From Nemertoderma westbladi (Eukaryota; Animalia; Xenacoelomorpha), in contig JAUCBJ010005608.1 of assembly GCA_032718475.1 (NCBI GenBank), positions 1 through 42,077 on the forward strand: a stretch of 42,077 nucleotides of DNA. Reading direction: 5' to 3'. Shown piece after piece: positions 32,801 to 42,077 of the stretch. How positions within the stretch are numbered: position 1 is the stretch's first letter; the number at the start of each line of letters is the position of its first letter. The position numbers and the translations under genes were made by a program. The notes under the pieces are model-generated. The model was given only the letters and a program-made list of their open reading frames with translations, was not told the origin of the DNA and made no database searches.

Positions 32801-32932
32801 GACAATCCTTCAGAACGCCAGCTCTCACAGCGTAAGGCGGCTCAATCGGCTAGACAGAGAGTTTCATCTTATTATGACGATATTAGTGAGTCTTCAAGGT
32901 CTGAGTGCAGTTCTGGAAGTGAAAGTTTTTAG
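29828..32932 (+). CDS. BEL/Pao RT-RNase H-integrase, in the same frame as the upstream ORF
   Basis: LLRFR, LYVDN, FDPLG, FCDAS, PQLEL, WTDS, NPADCLSRG, H-H-C-C, GVDYTG, SDNSSTF, NDRPL and the C-terminal WKLGKV domain. Confidence 0.95.
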   Translation: MLLRFRLNLYCALADSEKAYLQVILDENDRDVTRFMWPEDPTNPHSPWVTYRFRVVLFGATCSQFLLNATVRHHVRKLNPPCAQRILNGLYVDNLQANDNSEHCLINFYNESRGILAAGGFPLREWVTNSPELAELIKVNHDGPKVTHIEQKVLGLCWNMSDGVIGFQDRNMTSSVVILTKRKVVSLASRVFDPLGFINPVTIRSRLLILDIWALGIKWDAPLPDNIVKEWHNILSDLILCFNFCLPRQLCVTPEASIHAFCDASGKAFGAVIYIVLDNISKLVISKCKLAPIKGGKTTPSLPQLELTAAAIGSKLLKFVTNVYKVETDNSNKLFLWTDSKITLAWINSDKIQKPYIQRRVLEIRENLPNGTFLYVPTDDNPADCLSRGISAKKFLKFNLWISGPTWLTSDNWPNQNDISVDQMEPGEQPIVSIATMSVNETVICTPPVICPINIKRFGNFNKLITVTALVFRFIRNLKCAIVDKSRTRTIVDIVPSNVHFNIFPLLRVGKVRDAEIWLVQQAQRESYPEVWDYLITSKGRMPTIVHQLRLTMMDGVIRSVGRIDNANLPWETKYPLFLPSHHWLTHLIIKYTHEHLVKHSGIADTVVFLRQRWWIPAIRQRVRSLCRQCTTCRKIQGPHYQVPPPPPLPNIRVQECHPFKCSGVDYTGSLLVKDNDYKLKVYIALFTCAASRAVHLEIVRDNSTDAFLLALRRFVGRRGCPSRLLSDNSSTFTSADGCLRQAEEDPSVSKFLLSHRITWDFIPPAAPWFGGIRECLVRMMKTSLKKVLGCALISLEELQTLIVEVECIMNDRPLTYVSGDNNDPQPLTPSMLISGHRINTLYNPNSLDSDVWRDPDYCPTVSRDSLTRGHLRLLKLLSDLWTRWSKEYLTTLREHHRWDFRDPSNVVSVGDVVLIHDNVLPRGRWKLGKVIDLHPGNDGWVRFVTLRTATGIYKRPIKKLYPIELASPASDDPIGNNPVVSARPQAVVKFDNPSERQLSQRKAAQSARQRVSSYYDDISESSRSECSSGSESF

Positions 32933-33051
32933 TAACAAATGACGGATTTGTAGTTAGTTAATATGTATTGTTCAGTAATTATTATTTACGAAAGATGTTT
33001 GTAATAATTTTAGTGTATATTATTTGCAACTGTACCCAATTGATTATTTTT

Positions 33052-33062
33052 GGGCGGGAGAA
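33052..33062 (+). promoter_or_regulatory. Polypurine tract
   Basis: gggcgggagaa immediately precedes the TGT start of the 3' LTR. Confidence 0.8.
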
Positions 33063-33330
33063 TGTAATAAAGTTATTACAGTAGATTTATACTATTTTAT
33101 ACTGTATACTTCTTTTGGTGAAGGTTTACTACCAGTACAGTGCTGATAGATGATTATTGTTTGAGAGACAAGCCAGCAAGCAGATTATTATATTTAGTAT
33201 TATCTGACAGCTGACCCCTTTTCTTGCTGCTTTAGCTGACTGCCGGATGCAGTCAGCATTATGTTCGACTGAAGGCTGACTGTTGGATACAATCAGCACT
33301 GATATATTTGGTGTGCGTATATTCCGCACA
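33063..33330 (+). repeat. 3' LTR (268 bp)
   Basis: TGT...ACA termini, follows the PPT and matches the 5' LTR. Confidence 0.93.
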
Positions 33331-34170
33331 CGAACTGACCGAATACAGATAAAACATTTGTATTTAATATCACGATAAAAAAAACATAATAAAAACACAT
33401 ACAGCATAGATTAAAAGCTTAATAAAACTAAATTACGATCGTGGGAGAGAAACACCCAGGCTCTAAGGCACTCATGGGGTTCGTCAATTAAAGTAAAATA
33501 AAATACAATATTGACATATAAGATATAAGTATGCATGCACTGTGTAGGATATGCCGTTATTTAATTAATTATAGTAAAAAAAACATTTAACGATTCAAAA
33601 AATGGGGTTGCCATGACTTAAGGAAAAAGAACAGTTTGTGTGAAAAATCAACAGCCTACAACTTGCGCGAAAAACCCAATAAAATTGTTGCATTCTACGA
33701 TATGCTGAGGTAAGTCGTTCCAAATATTAACTACTCTAGAATTAAAGGCGTGCTTACACATATTTAAATTACACCGGTGTACTAGAGTTTCTTACTGTGA
33801 CCACGTAGTACGGGGCGGAATGCTCTCATAAAAACTCTCAAAATTTAGATCAACCAAACCCTTTTCAATACGATATACTAGTTTCAAATCGAAAACAATT
33901 CTTCGAATTTCTAAAAGTTGAAGATTCACATGTTTTATCCTGTCAACGTAACTACAGTACGGTATGCTACTCTACATCTCATATATAAACGACGTGTAAA
34001 ATAATGCTGCATTCCTTTTACTTTACCAATGCTACGTTTCAAATATTGCGACCACACAGGGGTACATTATTCGGGTAGTGGTCTCACTAATACTAGTATG
34101 CTGAGAAATAAGAATAAAGTTCGGAGACGTATATAATAATATCAGAATATAGTTTAATATGGTAATTAAT

Positions 34171-34212
34171 TACAAATACATTTCGACGGTAATGGCCGTC
34201 ATTATCAATGCG
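34171..34212 (-). ncRNA. Second copy of the putative minimal hammerhead, reverse strand
   Basis: Reverse complement of 34353-34394 with one change in stem I. Confidence 0.5.
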
Positions 34213-34352
34213 TAGCATACAGTCCTATACAGAAGTTATAATACGGAAATAAGTGGCCTAATGTTATAATGAATGGAAATTGCATATTAAATATTGAAAT
34301 AGCACAAAATCCCACAGCCTTAGGGTGTGCAATTATGACTATTTTATGGCTA

Positions 34353-34394
34353 TGCATTGATAATGACGGCCATTACCGTCGAAATGTATTTGTA
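34353..34394 (+). ncRNA. Putative minimal type I hammerhead ribozyme, U3-A8 variant
   Basis: Parses as tgca-TTGATAA-t-gacgg(ccatta)ccgtc-GAAA-t(gt)a-TT-tgta. Confidence 0.55.
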
Positions 34395-34509
34395 ATTAAT
34401 GGTGTAATATAATGGTTTGCTTCAGAAGTGGAAAAAATGAACAAAACCATAATATTACACCTTTAATTACAGTTACAACAGCTCATCTCCAATTTAATGA
34501 CTCAGCTTT

Positions 34510-34989
34510 ATGACAACGTCTGTTCCTGCCGGTGGTGGTTCTTTATCCGCCACCGGGGGATATGAACCTGCAATACATGTAGATGGGGAACCAGAACCCC
34601 TAGTGGAACCCGCTGGCACAGCAACTGCTAAACCTATCCAAGTTGTTAATAGTGGCGTGGTTATTGTCAACTCTTGTTTGGGACTTATGTTGCAAGGACT
34701 TTTCTCGAGTATGGCGAAAGTTACTGAAGAAATGTGTTTAAGTCGCTTTACTAATGAGGAGATTTACTCGGCTAAGAAGGATCTCTGTGAAAAATTTGAT
34801 ATTGAGACTAGAAATAGACTGGACTCAGTGAATAGAACTGCAGCAGAGGCCAACTTCAGAGATACTTATGATATTTTGAGAGATTTGTATTCCAAGGGAG
34901 AGCTACCAACTATTGCTATCAAGTGTATCGCTGCAATGAGTCTACCACGACCTTCCGAGTCGAATAAGGATACCGTGGGGTGTGAGTAG
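34510..34989 (+). pseudogene. Probable truncated ORF1 of a CR1/L2-group LINE
   Basis: The pattern IVNSCL...CLSRFTNEEIYSAKKDL...R..EANFRD...LP.IAI...SLP resembles the N-terminal domain of invertebrate LINE ORF1 proteins. No ORF2 follows. Confidence 0.5.
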
Positions 34990-35367
34990 TAGGGAATACA
35001 ACTTAATTGAAACAGCGTCTGCCATACTCTACTATGTTAAAAACTTCACCGAACGACTCTTGCCCGCCCACTTACTATGGTTACCATTGTGCATATGTAA
35101 CATATGTCACCACTGTGTATATGTAACATGTGGTATAAGACCAGTCCACAGATGGAATTAATTTAATTAATTCGTGTCTACTGGTTGGCGTTTGACCTTG
35201 AACCACAATAGGTAAAACCCAATATAGTAAGTAGTTGGGTTGCAGACGTTTGGTAAAGTCTTTAACATGATAGACTATGACAGATGCAACAACTAAAAAA
35301 GGTAAATAAACACCTGACTAACGGCAGCTACCAATATTACAATTCTACAGTTATTGCTAAGCAACAA

Positions 35368-35680
35368 GTTGTGGGGCGAGCCGCGAAGTGAGTATAAGGT
35401 TATAGTATTTATAATATTATTTTTAATTTGATTATTCTACTTATATGGGGAGGGGCGAGCCATGAAGTGAGTGAAAGCATATGGGTGTCATTGGCGAGTT
35501 GTCTTCTCTGTCGTCGTCAGTAATTTTTGATTGCTAATAACTCGGTTATTCCATGATTCGATTAAAAAATGGGGCGAGCCATGAAGCGAGTGAAGCCTTA
35601 GCATATGGCTACCATTAACGAGTTGTGGGGGCGAGCTACGGCGAAGTAAGGTTATTATATTTATAATATTATTATTTTAC
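35368..35680 (+). repeat. Cluster of four ggggcgagccrygaag-type motifs related to the HINE 5' end
   Basis: Copies at about 35373, 35452, 35571 and 35627, plus gtcgtcgtc...ttttga..gctaataact at about 35510-35542, matching 2470-2640. Another copy lies on the minus strand at about 1423-1449. Confidence 0.65.
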
Positions 35681-35703
35681 TTAAATCCCTCACCATTTCT
35701 ATT

Positions 35704-36147
35704 TTAAAATTTCTCCCACTCGTTTATCCCGCTATCACCATCTGTCCAATCTTCTTCATCCCCCACATCATCACCTTCGCCACCACCATCCAACATCTCC
35801 AACAACATTTCGATTTTCTCCTCCATCGCTTTCTCCCGTGCACATCTCTCCGCCTCCTGCACTCTCCTATTTCCCTCAGCCTCCATTTCCAACTCTCAAT
35901 CTTCTCCCCACATACTCAGGTTCTTTTTCGCCTCTTCATCCAAATAAGAATTTTTCTCTATCTCTTCCCACTCATTCCTCGGATTCAACAATCTCTCCAC
36001 CCGCGCTTCTTCTTTTTCTCTCTCATAAATCGCCACCAGTATCATCTCGTTCTCCTTATCAATTTCATCCACCACAATCTCATTTTCTCCCTCTTCCTCC
36101 TTATCAACCTCATCCACCACAATCTCATTTTCTCCCTCCTCATCCAT
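35704..36147 (-). pseudogene. Interrupted Glu/Asp-rich ORF of unknown function
   Basis: Two ORFs in the same frame (35896-36147 and 35704-35892) separated by one stop, with an internal 45-bp duplication. Confidence 0.5.
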
Positions 36148-36199
36148 GTATAATAAATAAAATAAATATTCACACTGAATTCACCCAAAGATTCACACT

Positions 36200-37478
36200 G
36201 AATGTTTATTCTTCTTTATTTGAGGTTGCCCATCAGTCTCAATCTCATTGAAATGTCTTCATAATCCACATCATTGACCATGTCCTCTTCAAAGTCTTGA
36301 TATCTTCATACACATAGCTAGGTGTTTTATTCGCGAAGAGAAACATTTTTTGCTTATGTGCTTGTTCTTTCATGGCTTGAGGTGTTTTCATCTGAGCACT
36401 CACACCCCCAACGAGGGTATCAATATCCTTATAATCATTCTTTATTTCAGTGCAGTCTCCTCATTCATTTTCTGCAATTGTTGGCAACCAGATTTTTTTC
36501 TCACCCATTTTCTTAGTGGTGACTTTTACTGCCTCGGACGTCTTCAGCTGACTAGCGTTGTTCAGCATTTCCACTTTCATTAGTTCCTTGTCCACTAATT
36601 CATCAATCGCAGCCTCAACAACTAACTTTTTAATCGGTAGAAAGTCACACCCAGTCGGAATATCGTGGCCTGTATACTTCTGTAATTCCTTAATTATCTT
36701 GACATTTGTGTTGTTTCGAGGGATGAAAATAACCTTGGTGTCGAAGTTGTGAGACAAATACATCCAGTTTTCGTTAACGATCGATGTGTACCTCATCGAT
36801 ATTCTCCTTAACATTCTTATCTATGTTAAAGTCGAGCAAACAGAATTCATCCACTCTGAGATTCAACCCATCGTAATATAAAACACGCTTCTACTGTCTA
36901 CCTATATCATCCGCTTCCCAAACGCCGACAAATCGTTGTCCTTCAAAGTCATATGTCCAATATATCGTATATCCAATGTACCCACAATCTTCGAACCCCA
37001 TAAAATTCTCATCGCAAATTTCCTTCTTCTTTGGTTCAATATGGGAAAGAACGACTTTGCCGTAGATGTTTTGTAAGACATCTAGAATTCTTTGTGAGAT
37101 AACGATTGATGCGCCGTTTTTCCCAATGCGTAAGTACGCATGATTTATTGGTGTTATAAACAAATTACCTCTGGTGTATTCCTTGTAATATTCAATGGCT
37201 ATTTTCTTATAATTGAGGAAGTCAAATAGGAATCATATGTTCTGGTAAGTAAGACTTACCGATTCTTGCACGATGTTGCGGCCTTTGTTGGCATCACCCC
37301 AACGATTGAATCGAACGTATTTCCCGTTAAATGCTTTTATTTCTATTCCTTCCTCTTAATACTCGAGACTCCACAAACTCTTACCTGTAGCCACTGTTAC
37401 GTATGGGGCGGGTGCACTGCTAGTAGAGCTACCGCTTAATGGCATCATTTTTGGTTGTGATGGTTTCATAGATTCCAT
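36200..37478 (-). pseudogene. Decayed intronless gene of about 400 codons with possible PC4-like segments
   Basis: From ATG 37478 one frame reads about 230 codons with only three isolated stops (MESMKPSQP...LEY*EEGIEIKAFNGKYVRF...QNI*FLF...GRQ*KRVLYYDGLNLRVDEFCLL). It then appears to frameshift into the 36461-36814 ORF. Confidence 0.55.
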
Positions 37479-37568
37479 CAACAAATTTTGTGAAATATTA
37501 AGTGTACAAATAATCAATAATATTGCGCTAAAACAATGTGCGAAAAATATGAAATAATGAATTAACCC

Positions 37569-37601
37569 GAATGATAAATAGTATTTTACAGCGTATTTAT
37601 A
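37569..37601 (-). promoter_or_regulatory. TATA plus initiator core promoter candidate
   Basis: On the minus strand, TATAAATA (37601-37594) lies about 29 nt before the A of TCATTC (37574-37569), about 95 nt upstream of ATG 37478. Confidence 0.5.
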
Positions 37602-38545
37602 ATAGAATGATGGGCTATCGGGATATCGGGTTTATTTTAACCACTCAACCAGTTTAATCGCTATTGTCCTGTGAGAATTTTTTTTTGAAAAACTTCCCGA
37701 ATTTCAATGGAACTATTTATTTATGCTTAAATTGGTTGACCTAAGTGGTAACAGCTTTGCGCTGGTGATTATTGTGACCGGCATAAATTTCTTTACACAC
37801 ACACTGAATTTCCACAGAATATTACTCACGGTTAAATTGATTGGCGTCAGCCATATTAGCCACGTAGCTTCTTGGAAGTTTCATAATTTTATGCATGAGT
37901 GAATTTAATTTAATGCAGGCATCGTAAAACTTTCTCGTCGGATATTTACTGTAATCATTTAATAAAAATGAACGATCGCGGCGAGCGAAGGACGTTTTAA
38001 AAGACATACCCATTATAAATATACCCATTGGCCAAAATATTATTGATTAAGTAGTATGGTCAGGTCAGCTTGAGTCTATAGATAAGATCATTTTTTCAAA
38101 TATATTATTCATTATTACGTTTCTAAGTGGCGGATCTAAGGGGGGATCTAAGGGGCTTTAGCCCCCCCCCCCCCCCCCCCCCCTTTTAAAAAAATACATA
38201 AGTAATGGTAAAGAAAATTTTTTACTGATTTATACAGCGAAAATTATAAAAACCAAAAGTACCTGCGCTGTCAGGCTGTTGTAGCTGTATTCTGGTACTT
38301 CATACCTGGTTACTGGGTTAGGTAGGCCTATCAGCCTATTCTATAGATTAGGCCTACAGGTATCAGATTGAAGGATTGTAGGTCACTCTGTCAGTAGTAC
38401 TGTAGTGTGTAGTCAAGGCCTACTAAAAGACTAAAAGACTCAAGTACTAGACCGAACTCGATTACTCGACTCGATTACTGAATTACCGTCATTATTATTA
38501 TTTATATTTCTGGAAAAGGTAGCAGTGCAAAGTGTAAAGTGAGTT

Positions 38546-41500
38546 ATGAAACGCAGTGGTGGTACACTTGATGGATTCTTCCATAAAATTTCAGCTCAAG
38601 CTCCTGATACTGATAGCCCCACTGAAACACCAGTAGGGATATGCCGATTGCCTAATGAAACCGAATCTTCCCATTCTGTTCCTGAATCCCCCAATTCTAC
38701 ATCGGCTGGATTTTCATCTGGTAGCAACGTTGAAGCTGGACCTGCAATAGGAATACCAAAACCGGCAGATACTCTGGACCTATCCTTTGCTGTAGGAAAA
38801 AATCTCAGCGATGAAGAAAAGTATAAGTTTGCTACTTGTGTCTGGAAACCTGCCCGTTCATATACATTCCCTGTAATCGCTGAACATGGCCAAAGTCGCT
38901 CTTTTCAAGCGAAATGGTTTGATATGTATCCATGGCTGAGCTATAGTGCTGTAAAGGGTGGAGGATTATGTTTGCCCTGTGTTCTTTTTGGAGTTAATAG
39001 AGGTGGGCGGGGAGACCAGGCTTTAAACACCTTGGTGACGCAGCCATTAGTAAAGTTTCGCAAAGCAACATCGTGTCTGAAGAATCACACTTTAAACAAA
39101 TACCACCTGGAAAATGCGGCACGCTTAGCTGCTTTTAAGGTATCATACAATGATCGGACCCAGAGGATAGATAACCAACTGGACCTTCAACGCCGTGAAG
39201 AAATTAACCGAAACCGTTCAGCATTACAACCCATAATACGGACAATTCTATTCGCAGGCAAGAATAATCTGCCACTAAGAGGTCATCGAGATGATGGGTC
39301 ACTAATGGATAATGAATGTCCGGGGAATGAAGGACTTTTCCGGGCACTCCTAAGATTTCGTATAGAGTCTGGAGATACAATATTAGAACAGTCACTTAAA
39401 GAGGGTCCCCGCAATGCTTCTTATACATCTAAAACTACCCAAAATGAAATAATAAGCTGCATTGGGGAATACATTACTGAGAAGCTATCTCTTCAGATAA
39501 AGGAAGCGAAGTACTTTGCAGTGATGATTGACGAAACTGCAGATAAGAGTAGAAAAGAGCAAGCATCCATTTTGATACGTTACGTTGATAAACAAGGTGA
39601 GATATATGGTTGTAATTTATAATTGGTTATAATTTATGTGGTTGATTCATCCATTTGACAGTTTCATCCCAACAATTCAGGTCGTCTACTTTAATTTGAC
39701 AAACGAAAAATGTTGGTATGATGATGATGTAGAAAAGCTTCGGTCACTATCCATCATCAGGTCCATATCTGTTTTCAATATTTTCATTATATTAATATTC
39801 CTTCATAGGTGAGATTCACGAAGAGTTTATGGGATTCTGGCTAGCAGAAGATACCACTGGAAAGGGGCTGGCTAAGTTGGTGGTTAGTGCCCTTGAGTCA
39901 TTAGGATTAAATATAGAAAACTGCAGGGGCCAAGGCTATGATGGTGCTAGTGCGATGATGGGGGAGTTCAATGGATTAGCTGCAAATATTCTGCATCTGC
40001 AACCTCTGGCACAACCAGTTCACTGTTTCAACCACCGCCTCAACTTGGCTATAAGTCATTCTTGCGTGATTCCTTCTGTACGGAATATGTTCGGCATCAT
40101 AAGTGAAATCAACAACTTTATCTTGGGATCCCCAAAACGTGTAGCGAAATTGGAGGAATTGGTTGAGAAGAACTTCCCTGCAGCGAGAGTAAAACGTGTA
40201 AAAACGCTTTGCCCTACAAGGTTAGTAATTTACTGATTGGTTCCAGAGTTACAATTTATACTATAAATCCCGAAAGATAAACGGTTGATGATAAATGAAA
40301 GAACTATATACTTGAACTAATGAAAAATTACTATTTTGAAAGATTTAATATTTTTTCTAAATTATTAATTCTCGATATAAAAACTTTACAAAACCGACAT
40401 ATTTTGTTCGCAAAAAAAATTACATTAGCATGACGTGGGATTGAACTCGGTACCTAGAGATTCCAAGTCCAACGGTCTACCAACTGAGCAAATGCAAAAG
40501 CAAACTGGAAATCAATAACAATACCAACAAACGGAGTGAATACTAGAAGAGGTCTCGCTAAGTGGATCTAAAAACTATTATAATTATTATTTTTATTATA
40601 TTTTTATTATTATTATAATAATTATTATTTAATTACTGTACTGTAGTTCAATTTCATTTATAACACACTACTTCGTTATATATCTTTAAATAAAGAATTT
40701 AACAACAAAAAGGTTCCAATTTAAGAATAAAATTAGGTATTAATTAGATATGGGAAAAAAAGAAGAACATTTTTTTTCAATATTCTCTTGACCCTTTATT
40801 AACAGAGCGCCGAGAATAGTGAAAAAAGTTCTACTTTTTTCCCATGTAATAAATAATTATAAATATTAGATGCAAACTTTTATAATTTGATGCTTTTATC
40901 GATTCCCATTAAAGTAGCTTTTAACATTGAAATTATTCTGTTTTTTTTCTAGGTGGGTTGAGAGACATGATTCAATTCTTCGCTTTGATGAACTCTATTT
41001 ATCTATTATTGACATGCTTCTGTTCTACTCGGATAAAGATAATGTGAATGAAGCAAAGGTAGTAAGCGATGCCCATCAGCTGCTTCAGGCGTGTTCCCAG
41101 TCTGCGTTTATCATTTCGCTAAAGACTGCTGTTCGCTGTTTTCAGCAAACAGTTCATTTGAGTGAGGCCCTACAGAATCCGAGAATCAATATTGGACAGG
41201 CGTATACACGTGTTCATGAAGAGATAAAGGCGTTCGAGTCTATGAGGGAAAACTATGAGGTATCGTTTAGTAAAATATTCACAGAAGCTAGGAATATTGC
41301 TACAGAAATAAACCAGGACATCACAATTCCGAGATTAGTAGGGCGTCAATCCAATCGTGCTAATCCTGCCGTGTCTGACCCAGAAACGTATTATAGAGTT
41401 ACAGTATTTTTGCCATTTATTGATCATATCTTGAGTGAGTTGAAACGACAGTTCAGTGACCACGTACCAGCTGTTGTCCATTTACAAGAACTTATACCGG

Positions 41501-41928
41501 CATTTAGGACTGAAAATAGTTTAGATCGAGTATTGGAGGCTGCAGACATATTCGCGGGTGATCTAGATCCACCAAAGACAGTTGTTTCCGCTGAGGTGGA
41601 GGCATGGATGCGCAGCTCCAGTCGTCTTAGTGATGAAATCAAGCAACATACGTCTATTTCCACATGGATCGCTTTAGCTGAGGCTCAATTCATGCCATCT
41701 GTAGCAATACTACTCCGCATATTTGGAACTGTGCCAGTGTCAAATGCTACAGCAGAACGGTCATTTTCGAAATTAAAACTTCTAAAAACTTATCTTAGGT
41801 CAACCATGACCCAGGAGCGTCTCTCTGGGCTAGCATTAATGAGTGTTCATCAGGACATAGATATTCCTGTAGATGCCATTATTAATATTTATGCCAAGCG
41901 ACAAAATCGTCGCATACAATTAATTTAG
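38546..41928 (+). CDS. hAT transposase (ZMYM1/PRKRIR-like): join(38546..39596, 39809..40220, 40953..41928), 812 aa
   Basis: GT-AG introns in phases 1 and 2 restore KQGEIHEEFMGF and CPTRWVERH. Motifs: TTF-type zinc finger (WFDMYPWLSYS..CLPC), LRGHRD, YTSKTTQNE, IDETAD, QGYDGASAM, HCFNHRLNL, AERSFSKLK and RSTMTQERL. Confidence 0.92.
40427..40493 (-). other. tRNA-derived sequence (SINE head or tRNA pseudogene) in transposase intron 2
   Basis: Minus strand reads gctcagttggtaga (A box)...cttggaa...gagttcaatcc (B box). Acceptor and anticodon stems pair poorly. Confidence 0.6.
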
Positions 41929-42077
41929 AAATTTTCACTATGCCTAGCTAGCGTATTTAGATAGTGGTCCAATAATTATCCGCAAGTGAAAAAGTGATCT
42001 CCTGCACAAATTGACCGCAGGTGAAATAAAGTTTCGTTTATTGTTTTGGTTAGAAAACAGACACTGTAACCTAATCC

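Larger units (their letters stand above)
26761..33330 (+). mobile_element. Young BEL/Pao LTR retrotransposon (YVDN-type RT, Tas-like)
   Basis: LTRs at 26761-26957 and 33063-33330 (2 differences seen in 196 shared bp), plus PBS, PPT and a near-intact gag-pol. Confidence 0.95.
34165..34400. repeat. 52-bp inverted repeat pair with a spacer of about 130 bp, possibly a Penelope-like remnant
   Basis: 34165-34216 is the reverse complement of 34349-34400 with one mismatch. Confidence 0.85.
38125..42077 (+). mobile_element. hAT DNA transposon; right end not in the window
   Basis: Left terminus (a)agtggcggatctaagggggg...gccccc resembles CAGTGGCGGATC-type hAT ends and lies upstream of the transposase. 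Confidence 0.7.

Noticed and set aside
37822-38028. 68-aa minus-strand ORF as a separate gene call
   Set aside because: Too short and without motifs; it may belong to the adjacent cassette but cannot be supported alone.
40427-40493. Functional tRNA-Pro(TGG) gene
   Set aside because: The acceptor and anticodon stems do not pair properly, so it is kept only as a tRNA-derived sequence.

Overview
An AT-rich eukaryotic window, most likely from an invertebrate animal (spliceosomal introns, metazoan transposon families). It consists almost entirely of nested transposable elements, and I can support no ordinary host gene. From left to right: a piggyBac-like non-autonomous element interrupted by a solo LTR; a Helentron-type non-autonomous element (HINE) whose internal tandem array repeats a CTCF-like motif; a second piggyBac-like element with an RTE 3' fragment inserted in its terminal repeat; a decayed BEL/Pao LTR retrotransposon into which an apparently intact CRE-clade non-LTR retrotransposon has inserted (1567-aa ORF with Cys-rich N-terminus, about 50 in-frame 10-aa repeats, RT and restriction-like endonuclease); a foldback MITE; an RTE remnant; a young BEL/Pao element broken by one in-frame stop; an inverted pair of hammerhead-like motifs; a LINE ORF1 fragment; a decayed intronless minus-strand gene cassette with possible PC4-like domains; and a three-exon hAT transposase. 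All calls come from reading motifs by eye, and no database searches were run.
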